Source: Dendrobates tinctorius
Lineage: Eukaryota
Direction: 5' to 3'
Assembly (NCBI RefSeq): GCF_039654945.1
Contig: NW_027361690.1
Span: 19,406,001 to 19,470,000, forward strand
Length of the DNA: 64,000 nucleotides
Positions 54,905-64,000 of this stretch are shown here, piece after piece (positions within the stretch are counted from its first letter, which is position 1; each line of letters begins with the position of its first letter). Both the position numbers and the translations under genes were made by a program. The notes under the pieces are model-generated. The model made no database searches, had not been told where the DNA came from, and worked only from the letters and a program-made list of their open reading frames with translations.

Positions 54905-55922
54905 CGTGTGTTGTTCCACTATTACTCCCCAGCAACATGCCCGCTGTCTTGGGGTCATACTTGATTCCGAGCTTTCTTTTGCCCCCCACATTCGATCACT
55001 GGCTCGATCTTGTTATCTGCACCTCAAAAACATTTCTAGAATTCGACCTTTTCTTACTTTTGACTCCACAAAAACTCTAACTGTTTCTCTTATTCATTCT
55101 CGTCTCGACTATTGTAACTCTCTTCTAATCGGTCTCCCTCTTACCAAACTCTCCCCTCTCCAATCTGTCTTGAATGCTGCAGCCAGGATCATATTCCGCA
55201 CCAATCGTTACACCGATGCCTCTACCTTGTGCCAGTCATTACACTGGCTACCCATCCACTCCAGAATTCAGTATAAACTTATTACCCTCACCCACAAAGC
55301 CCTCCATAGCTCAGCACCACCCTACATCTCCTCCCTTGTTTCAGTATACCACCCTACCCGCGCCCTCCATTCTGCTGATGACCTGAGGTTAGCAACCTCA
55401 ATAATCAGAACCTCCCACTCCCGTCTCCAAGACTTTACACGTGCTGCTCCAATGCTTTGGAATGCACTTCCAAGGTCAATACGATTAGTCCCCAATCCCT
55501 ACAATTTTAAGCGTGCCCTGAAAACGCATTTATTCAGACTGGCCTACCGCCTCAACACATTAACCTAATCTATCCTTGTGTGGCCCAGCCAAAGGTTTTA
55601 CCATAACCAGGTTCCCCGCATCATTTCCCCACATGCTTTATGAATCCATTAGCCCTCTGTGTCTGTACTGTTACACACTTAACATTATGGCTGGTCCATA
55701 CAATCAGGGCAATTGTTACCACCCACCTTTCGTGTCTACCTTTTTCCTCATAGATTGTAAGCTTGCGAGCATGGCCCTCATTCCTCTTGGTATCTGTTAT
55801 GATCTATGTGATTAATGTTATGCTGTAATGTCTATCGTCTGTACAAGTCCCCTCTGAAATGTAAAGTGCTGTGGAATATGTCGGCGCTATAGAAATAAAA
55901 TTTATTATTATTATTATTATTA
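54905..55922 (+). mobile_element. L2-clade LINE 3' end with (TTA)n tail
   Basis: ORF to 55568 with LGVILDS, SRLDYCNSLL, LHWLP, LWNALP and FKRALKTHLF motifs, then 3' UTR and TTA repeats. Confidence 0.92.
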
Positions 55923-55957
55923 TCTAGATGGAAGCTCTTATGTAAGTTACCAATATA

Positions 55958-57633
55958 CAGGTGCTTCTCACAAACTTAGAATATCATCAAAAAGTAAATT
56001 TATTTCAGTTCTTCAATGCAAAAAGTGAAACTCACATATTATATAGAGTCATTAGAAACAGAATGATCTACAGGGTGGGCCATTTATATTGATACACCTA
56101 AATATACATTGAAGATGGCACGTTCCCTGAGTTTTTCCAGCAAGATGGTGCACCACCACATTATGATTGTCAGGTCCGAGCATTCCTACAAGGAATCTGA
56201 CCCCCTTAAACTAGCCTTTCTTCTACTGCAATCAGTGTGTCAACAGTGGGAGAAGAGGGTTGCATTGACAATCCAACACAATGGGCAGCACTTTGAACAC
56301 ATTTTATAAGTGGTCAAAAACTTGTAAAAAATTTGTGCAAGAATAAAGTTACGTTAAAACCAAGCACACCATTGTTTTTCTTATGAAATTCTCAATAAGT
56401 TTGATGTGTCACATGACCCTCTTCCCTTTGAAAAAATAAAGTTGGATCCAAAATGGCTGAATTTAATATGACCATCATGGTCACCATCCAACTTGAAAAG
56501 TTTCCCCCCTCCCATATACTAATGTGCCACAAACAGGAAGTTGATATCACCAACCATTCCCATTTTATTTAGGTGTATCCATATAAATGTCCCACCCTGT
56601 ATTTCAAGTGTTTATTTCTGTTAATGTTGATGATTATGGCTGACAGGTAATGAAAACCCAAAAGTCATTATCTCAGTAAATCAGAATACTTTATACCACC
56701 AGCTTGAAAAATGATTTTAAAATGCGAAAAGTTGGCCTACTGATGCCCAGTTGGCCTCCTTTTGCATCAATTTCTGTATCAATGCGGTGTGGTATGGAGG
56801 CGATCAGCCTGTGGCACTGCTGAGGTGATATGGAAGCTCAGGTTGCTTTGATAGCCGCCTTCAGCTCGTCTGCGCTTGTTGGGTCTGGTGTCTCTCATCT
56901 TCCTCTTGCCAATACCCCACATATTCTCTATGGGGTTAAGGTCAGGCGAGTTTGCTGGCCAATCAGAGTGATACTGTTGTTTTTAAAACAGGTATTGGTA
57001 CTTTTGGCAGTGTGCACAGGTGCCAAGTCCTGCTGGAGAATGAAATTTCCATCTCCAAAAAGCTTGTCGGCAAAGGAAAGCATGGAGTGCTCTAAAATTT
57101 CCTGGTAGATGGCTGTGCTGACTTTGGTCTGGATAAAACACAGTGGACCTACACCAGCAGAGGCCATGGCTCCCCAAACTATCACTGATTGTGGAAACTT
57201 CACACTAGACCTCAAGCAGCTTGGACTGTGAGCCTCTCCACTCTTTCTCCAGACTCGGGGACCTTGATTTCCAAATGAAATGCAAAATTTACTTTCCTAG
57301 TGGAGTGTGTCAATGACTGCCTTCTGGACATCTGCCAAGTCAGCAGTCTTCCCCATGATTGTGGAGCCTACTGAAACAGACTAAGGGACCTTTTTAAATT
57401 CCTAGGAAGCCTTTGCAGGTGTTTTTGTTAATCTTTATAATCTACTGAGATAATGACTTTTGTGTTTTCATTGGCTTTAAGCCATAATCATCAAAATTAA
57501 CAGAAATAAACATTTGAAATAGATCACTCTGTTTGTAATGATATATATATAATACGAGAGTTTCACTTTTTGCATTGAAGAACTGAAATAAATTAACTTT
57601 TTGATGATATTCTAATTTTGTGAGATGCACCTG
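55958..57633 (-). mobile_element. Tc1 transposon, deleted derivative with long TIRs
   Basis: TA|CAGGTGCTTCTCACAAA ... TTTGTGAGATGCACCTG|TA; minus-strand VKFPQSVIVWGAM and LQQDLAPVH motifs. Confidence 0.9.
56071..56599. mobile_element. Mariner-type MITE nested in the Tc1 TIR
   Basis: TA|CAGGGTGGGCCATTTATAT...ATATAAATGTCCCACCCTG|TA. Confidence 0.85.
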
Positions 57634-58540
57634 TATACTAGTATAAAAATGTTAATATCCATACGCTGTGATAGACGTGAACATCCATATATTAATGATA
57701 GATCTGTTTTAGTGGATTAAATGAATTTATTTATGTATTTATTTATATAACTTTTCCAATGATGGATATGCCAAAGAGGGATTACAAAAAAGCTGCTCAT
57801 TCCAACCCTGGGTACTTTGGGTACATAATCCATTCTTAAAAAGCACAGGTACAGTTGAGTATCCAGCAAAAGTGGCAAGCAACCAATGTTCCAAAGAGAA
57901 GTTTCCTAGGATACAATTTATGACTTGGCATCCTGTGTCTCAAAGCATGACTCACCACAAAACTTTTGGACTCAACAATGATGTTTATGAACCAACATTC
58001 TCAAGTATAAATTCCACACACTGCCAAATGTATTACACTAACATTTCACCAGCGCAGGATTCACAGTGCTCGCGGCATTTCAGCTTCTAACAATAAAATG
58101 ATCTTTGCTTTCACAGTGACTTGTACATTCGTTCGCAATCGGCATTTTCCATTCGCAAAGAAACCATAAAAAATGCCAAGGCTGATGTCTCTGGCATATG
58201 CTTAGATGAGGATTTTCATTTTTGTTACCATGCCGGTATCCTTCTTATCCTTCGTCTGTTCTTTAGTTTCTTTTTAACTTTTGTTTCATGTTAAACTACT
58301 TATTGTATTATATTCTCATAGTGCAGCTCCATGTGAAAAAAACGAAAATCCGGTGATCAGCTGTACTTGCCTCCAAAGTGTAACTTGCTTGTACAGCAAT
58401 GTTTCATAGATTCCTGTTTTCCTCAAAACCAAAAATGAAACTTGTGCTGACCATAAACCTATAACTAAGCAACACTGGCATTTTGAAACATACAAAATAT
58501 TTTGAATGCAAAATGTACTGGTAATATCTTTTTTACATTG

Positions 58541-58770
58541 TCAGCATTGTGGCTCAGTGGTTAGCACAGCTGCAGTGCAGTTCTGGGGTCTTGGGTTCAA
58601 TTCCCAACAAGGACAACATCTGCAAGGAGTTTGGGTGTTTGTGTGAGTTTCCTCCCATACTCCAAATACATACTATTAGGGAATTTAGATTGTGAGCCCG
58701 AATAGGGACAGTGATGACAAAATCTACAAAGTGTTGTGGAATATGATGGTGCTATAGTAAAAAATAAAAT
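58541..58770 (+). mobile_element. tRNA-derived SINE with L2-like tail
   Basis: A box TGGCTCAGTGG, B box GGTTCAATTCC; tail TAGATTGTGAGCCC... resembles the L2 3' ends in this window. Confidence 0.7.
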
Positions 58771-60562
58771 ATTGTGGCACATTGTTATCACTAACAAATC
58801 ATTGTTACCACTATTGTTATCTTTCCAAAATCTACAGTGGCTTTATCTGTGGTCAAGAACAAGGGAACTATATATGAGACGGTGCAGAGCAAGCAGAGCT
58901 CCTAGACCACATATTTCAAACTCTGACCTGCAGGGTGAGTATATTTGGCCTGCGATGCCAGGCGGGTCCCCCGAGTCTATATGGCCCGCGATGCCAGGCA
59001 GGGCCCTCAAGTATATTTGACCCGTGATGCCAGGTGGGTCCACTGAGTATATCTTGCCTGTGACACTGGGTGGGTTGCCCGTGACACTCGGTGGGTCTCC
59101 CACCCTCCCGCCCAGGATAGCACTTTCAATGTTGGCATCCTAGATGTCAATACAGTTGAAAGCAATGAATGATAGAGGAGGGAGCGTCCTCTCACCTCAC
59201 TCACCCTCTGTATCTGATCTCCCAGTGCTGTACCGAGTGCAGAGAATCTGAAGACACCACGCAGAGACCATGGGGGGCCTATTGTATTGTATGGAGCACT
59301 GTGTGGGGGGCCCTGTTATACTGTATGGAACACTGTGTGGGGTGTCCCCATTATACTGTATGGAGCATTGTGAAGGGGGTGTACCGTTATACTGTAAGGA
59401 ACACTATGGTGGGGGGGCCTGTTATACTTTATGGAGCACTGTGGTGGGGGCCCATTATACTGCATTAAGCACTGTAGTATGGAGGCCCTATTATACTGTA
59501 TGGAGCACTGTGGTGGGGGCCACATTATACTGTATGGAGCACTGTGGTGGGGGGCCTGTTATACTGTATAGAGCACTGTGATGGTGGGGGCATTATACTG
59601 TATGGAACACTGTGGTGGGGGCCCCATTATGCTGTATGTAGCACTGTAGTAGGGGCCCCATTATGCTGAATGAAGCACTGTCATGGGGGGCCTGTTATAC
59701 TGTATGAAACAATGTGGTGGAGGCCCGTTATACTGTATGGAACACTGTGGTACAGGATAACGCTCCCCCCCCACAGTGACCATACAGTATAATGAGGCCT
59801 CCCCACCATAGTGCTCTATATTGTATGGATCACTGTGGTGAGGGCCTGTAATACTGTATGGAGCACTGTGGTGGTGGACCCTGTTATACTGTATGGAGCA
59901 CTGTGGTGGGGGCCCATTATACTGTATGGAGCACTGTTGCGGGGGCCCCATTATACTGTAAGGAGGACTGTGGTGGGGTGGCCTGTTTTACTGTATGGAG
60001 CACTGTCTGGGGGGCCCCCATTATACTGTATGGAACAATTTGTGTGTGGGCCACATTATACTGTATGGAGCACTGTCAGGGGGGCCCCATTATACTGCAT
60101 GGAGCACTGTGGCAGGGGGCCCTATTATACTGTATGGAGCACTGTTGTGGGGGGGTCCGTTATACTGTATGGAGCACTGTGGGGGAGGCCCTGTTATACT
60201 GTATGGAGCACTGTCTGGGGGGGGGGGCTCCCATTATACTGTATGGAGCACTTTGTGTGTGGGCCTATCGTCATACTGTATGGAGCACTGTGTGGAGTGG
60301 GGCATTATACTGTCTGGAGCAAAATGGTGGGGGCTCCTGTTATACTGTATGGAGCAATGTGGTGGGGGACCCGTTATATTGTATGGAGCAACGTAGTGGG
60401 GTACCCCCCATTATACTGTATGGAGCACATTGTGGGGCCCCCCCGTTATACTGTATGGAGCACTGTGGTGGGGTGGCCCGTTATACTGTATGGAGCACAG
60501 TCATGGGGGGCCTAGTTATATTGCATGGAGCACTGTTCCGGAGGAGCCCTGTTATACTGTAT

Positions 60563-61014
60563 CAAAATAAAGGATGGAATCTCCAGCGCTGGACTTCAGT
60601 TAAAAATTCATCATTTATTGGAAATTCTTAAAATCGGACAGAAAAAAGTATGAATAAGGACATACAGGCAGATGGGGTCTCTGGTGGTCTCCAACCAACG
60701 CGTTTCGACCTAGAAGGTCTTACTCATGGTTGACCATGGAACCATGAGTAAGACCTTCTAGGTCGAAACGCGTTGGTTGGAGACCACCAGAGACCCCATC
60801 TGCCTGTATGTCCTTATTCATACTTTTTTCTGTCCGATTTTAAGAATTTCCAATAAATGATGAATTTTTAACTGAAGTCCAGCGCTGGAGATTCCATCCT
60901 TTATTTTGCTTCAGTCAACGCCCCTGATCAAGGTGACTCCGTGCGCAGGAGGATTATGGATCGTAACTGAGACTGGTGAGCTGACCTCCCCTTATTTTCC
61001 CTATCCTTCTACAA
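60563..61014 (+). mobile_element. Young Penelope-like/retrozyme fold-back insertion
   Basis: Perfect 169-bp arms (60563-60731 / 60740-60908), 106-bp unpaired tail, 14-bp TSD CTGTTATACTGTAT. Confidence 0.8.
60740..60778 (+). ncRNA. Minimal type-I hammerhead ribozyme, A3-U8 variant (mirror copy on minus strand at 60693-60731)
   Basis: AACC-ATGAGTA-A-GACC ttcta GGTC-GAAAC gc GTT-GGTT. Confidence 0.7.
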
Positions 61015-61834
61015 CTGTTATACTGTATGGAGCACTGTCGTAGGGGGTCTGTTATAGTGTATGGAGCACTGTGGGGAGAGGCCCTGCTATACTGTATGGA
61101 ACACAGTGTGGAGTGGGGCATTATACTGTCTGGCGCAAAGTGGTGGGGGGCTCCTGTTATACTGTATGGAGCAATGTGGTGGGGGCCCCATTATACTGTA
61201 TGGAGCAATGTGGTGGGGTACCCCCCGTTATACTGTATGGAGCACATTGTGGGGCCCCCGTTATATTTTATGAAGCACTGTGGTGGGGTGGCCCGTTATA
61301 CTGTATGGAGCACTGTCGTGGGGGGCCTAGTTATATTGTATGGAGCACTGTTCCGGAGGAGCCCTGTTATACTGTATGGAGCACTGTTGTAGGGGGTCTG
61401 TTATAGTGTATGGAGCACTGTGTGTGGGGAACTCCGTTATACTGTATGGTGCAATGTGTGTGGGGGCCTTCCGTCGTACTTTATGGAGCACTGTGTGGTG
61501 GGGCCCCATTATACTGTCTGGAGCAAAGTGGTGGGGGGCCCCTGTTATACTGTATGAAGCAATGTGGTGGGGGGCTCCCATTATAGCGTATGGAGCAATG
61601 TGGTGGGGGGGCCGCCATTATACTGTATGGACATCTGTGTGGGGTGCCCCGTTATACTGTATGGAGCACTTTACAAGACAATAGATGCAAACCAAATAGG
61701 CGAATTAAATTGGTGTTGTATATTTTTGTTTTACTTTCCATAAAGAACGCATACAGACACCTTAACACTAACGTCTCAAAAATAATAACTTGGAATATGA
61801 ATTACACAAAACAAATAATAAAAAGAAAACGTAC

Positions 61835-61975
61835 CTATGCATTCTCCTCTACCATCTAAGTGAAATCCTGTGTTGCATTCACAACGATAGCTTCCAGGAG
61901 TAGGGATGCATCGGCCATGTATACAGAGGTTCCGGTACAATAAACAGTAATCTTGTGTAAAATTTAATGAGGTAA
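61835..61975 (-). CDS. fbn1: fbn1 exon ~11: EGF4 (VTSLNFTQDYCLLYRNLCIHGRCIPTPGSYRCECNTGFHLDGRGECI)
   Basis: 141 bp, AG/GT bounded, translated by hand, 6 Cys; not in ORF track. Confidence 0.95.
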
Positions 61976-62886
61976 CTATTGAGACAAAAAAGTAAAAAAC
62001 AAATATTATACATAATATATTGTTTAATTAATGAACAATAACGGAAAAAATGTAGGGCTGTATTTCACCCCAATCTCATCTCGTCTTATCCCCCAGAAAT
62101 CTTTCTCATAGGCCTGCAAAAAATAGACTACAAGAAATCAATGTGAGGGACCCTCAAACTCTTGATCTGCCTGTCATCTAGATGTAGCAGAGCTGGACCC
62201 ATTATGGGACTAATGGATTAAAAACATCTCTGCGAAAAGGTGAGGAATACTGTTGTTTGTTTTTTTATCTCTTTTGCAGATGACGAGGGCATCGGGGGAA
62301 TGGGCGAGTTCATAAGTATGGTTTAATTAAGAATATTAAAGGAGTCTGTGTCGTTCTTTCAATTAAAGGACTTTATTTCTGGGTGTCTGTGTTTTCTTAC
62401 AATGTGACTATGGGGTTATTAATGGGGGCGTCTTATTGACGTCTCTTCATTACTAACCCGGGGCTTGATCTCACTTGACAATACAAAGGTGACATCAACC
62501 CCCCCAATTATCACCCCACTTGTCACCGCTACAGGGCAAATGGGAAGAGCTAGGCTAAGTGCCAGAATTGGTGCATCTTAGAGATGCGCCTTTTCTGGGG
62601 CGGCTGAGCGTTTATATTTTTAGCCGGGGATGGGGGAGGCCAGCATCCATGACCCCTTCCTAGGCTATTATCATCAGCCCACACATGTCTGCATAGCCTT
62701 TGCTGGTTGTTAATTATAGGGAGACCCTACATCATTTATTTTTTTGGGGGTCCCCCATTTTAATAGCCAATAAAGGCTAAGTATACAGTTGTGGCCTGAT
62801 ATTAATAGCCTGGGAAGCTCCATGGGTATTACCCCCTTCCCAGGCTATAAACATGAATTGCCGGCTTTTAATCTGTCTATCTATCT

Positions 62887-62905
62887 ATTATATATATATA
62901 TACTG

Positions 62906-62942
<37 letters not shown>
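62887..62942. repeat. (TA)n microsatellite
   Basis: Seen directly. Confidence 0.9.
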
Positions 62943-62944
<2 letters not shown>

Positions 62945-63159
62945 CTGTGTGTGTGTTTTGATGAATATTTCATTTGAAAACAATGTGTAAATGTTAAAAT
63001 CGCATTGCAATCGGATAGAAATCGCACTGCATTCGGATGTAAATCGGATGCTGGATGTGAGAAATCGGATTGTACTCACATGACACTCTCATTACATTCC
63101 TGCAAGTCTTGGCAGGGAGACTCGGACCAATTTTCCATACGTTAAGTGTGAAACCGGCC

Positions 63160-63313
63160 TAACATGAAGTACAATATGTCATGAAAAAACAGTCTAAGAA
63201 TTAGTGGGATCTGTTGAAGTGTTCCAGCGATATTCCCTCATAAATTGACAGTGGTCAGAATTGTAAAAATTGGCTTGGTCATTAAGTACAAAATTGGCTA
63301 TGTCACTAAGGGG
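63160..63313. mobile_element. Terminal fragment of the TTAA family also seen at 31340-31922
   Basis: AACATGAAGTACAATATGTCA...TCACTAAGGGG|TTAA. Confidence 0.65.
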
Positions 63314-63736
63314 TTAAAGGGGGTGCAGTGCTCCTCTTTGTTATCTGATTCTGTATCTAACATTGAAAATTACCGTATTTATGCATTTCATTGGGACTAT
63401 AATGCATTTGAGCATGAATGCTATAGACTTCTATGAATTGGGGTAGTAGGGAAAACGTCTGTGTATACTGTATACTTGTAGTGCATTATTTTTGTGACCC
63501 ATTGTTAGTAAATATGGCTACCTTTTTTCTGCTCCGTTTTTTGAATTTTGTGTCCTTTTGCTGTGTTTTGTTTTTATACTGTATAGGCACCAGGGTGATT
63601 AAGTGACTAAAAACTGGTTACCTTACACTATCTGGTGTAACCTAATTAAACACTGGGAAATAAAATGCAAGAAGACTCAGAAGAGATGAACATTTAAAAA
63701 AAAAATCAGAAAGGATATAATTATTCCCTAATTTAC

Positions 63737-63919
63737 CAGGAGCTGCAGGTGTTGGGCGAACATATCCTGGGCCTGGTGGTGGTGGGAAAACAGGAGGATA
63801 CCCTGGCCGCAGCTCGGGACCTATAGGAGGAGGATACCCTGGTCCCACAGGAATACCTGGTCCGGGTTCAGGCACACCAGGTCGAACCCAAGACATTGTG
63901 CACAGCTTACGATATTCCT
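63737..63919 (-). CDS. fbn1: fbn1 exon ~10: end of TB1 + proline-rich region (EEYRKLCTMSWVRPGVPEPGPGIPVGPGYPPP...PTPAAP)
   Basis: 183 bp, tttag acceptor and gtaaat donor on minus strand, open frame. Confidence 0.92.
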
Positions 63920-64000
63920 CTAAAAGAAAACAAAATACACTTACTAGCTAAAACTAAAGAAAAAATTTACGAGAGAGAATTAGCAGTATATTCATAACTA

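Larger units (their letters stand above)
59270..61670. repeat. ~31-33-bp minisatellite (TTATACTGTATGGAGCACTGTGGTGGGGGCCC)
   Basis: Tandem array, interrupted at 60563-61014, with a short inversion near 59760-59820. Confidence 0.95.
4048..63919 (-). other. fbn1: fibrillin-1 gene, partial (22 internal exons, ~legacy exons 10-31); extends beyond both window edges
   Basis: Ordered exons encode Pro-rich hinge, EGF, cbEGF, TB (8-Cys, CCC) and hybrid domains in fibrillin order. The Pro-rich hinge and peptides such as [17 protein letters not shown] and [32 protein letters not shown] match FBN1 as I recall it, rather than FBN2/3. Confidence 0.95.

Noticed and set aside
57950-58270. Possible extra Cys-containing fbn1 exon
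   Set aside because: No EGF/TB cysteine pattern in the frames I read; the exon series is already complete without it.
59169-61859. Cys/Gly/Tyr-rich keratin-associated-like ORFs and a superficially CRISPR-like periodicity
   Set aside because: Degenerate ~32-bp minisatellite without unique spacers in a vertebrate intron; no cas genes.
4048-63919. Assignment as fbn2, fbn3 or LTBP
   Set aside because: Domain order, exon sizes, the Pro-rich hinge and diagnostic peptides fit fibrillin-1 best.

Overview
Vertebrate genomic DNA; the repeat landscape suggests a frog (inference). The whole window lies inside a fibrillin-1 (fbn1) gene on the minus strand. I located 22 consecutive GT-AG-bounded coding exons, all with lengths divisible by 3, equivalent to legacy FBN1 exons 10-31. 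They run from the Pro-rich hinge through EGF4, cbEGF3-6, TB2, cbEGF7-9, hybrid-2, cbEGF10 and TB3 to cbEGF11-17, and the gene continues beyond both window edges. Introns are packed with nested transposons (Tc1/mariner, hAT, TTAA-specific piggyBac/Kolobok-like, Harbinger-like MITEs, L2/CR1 fragments, a tRNA-SINE) and large minisatellites, which generate most of the long spurious ORFs. The most notable unannotated signal is a set of short ORF-less insertions carrying minimal hammerhead-ribozyme cores and inverted terminal segments. Two have 14-bp target duplications and one is a perfect 169-bp-arm palindrome. Across copies the core 3-8 pair covaries (C-G, U-A, A-U). They look like non-autonomous Penelope-like/retrozyme elements.
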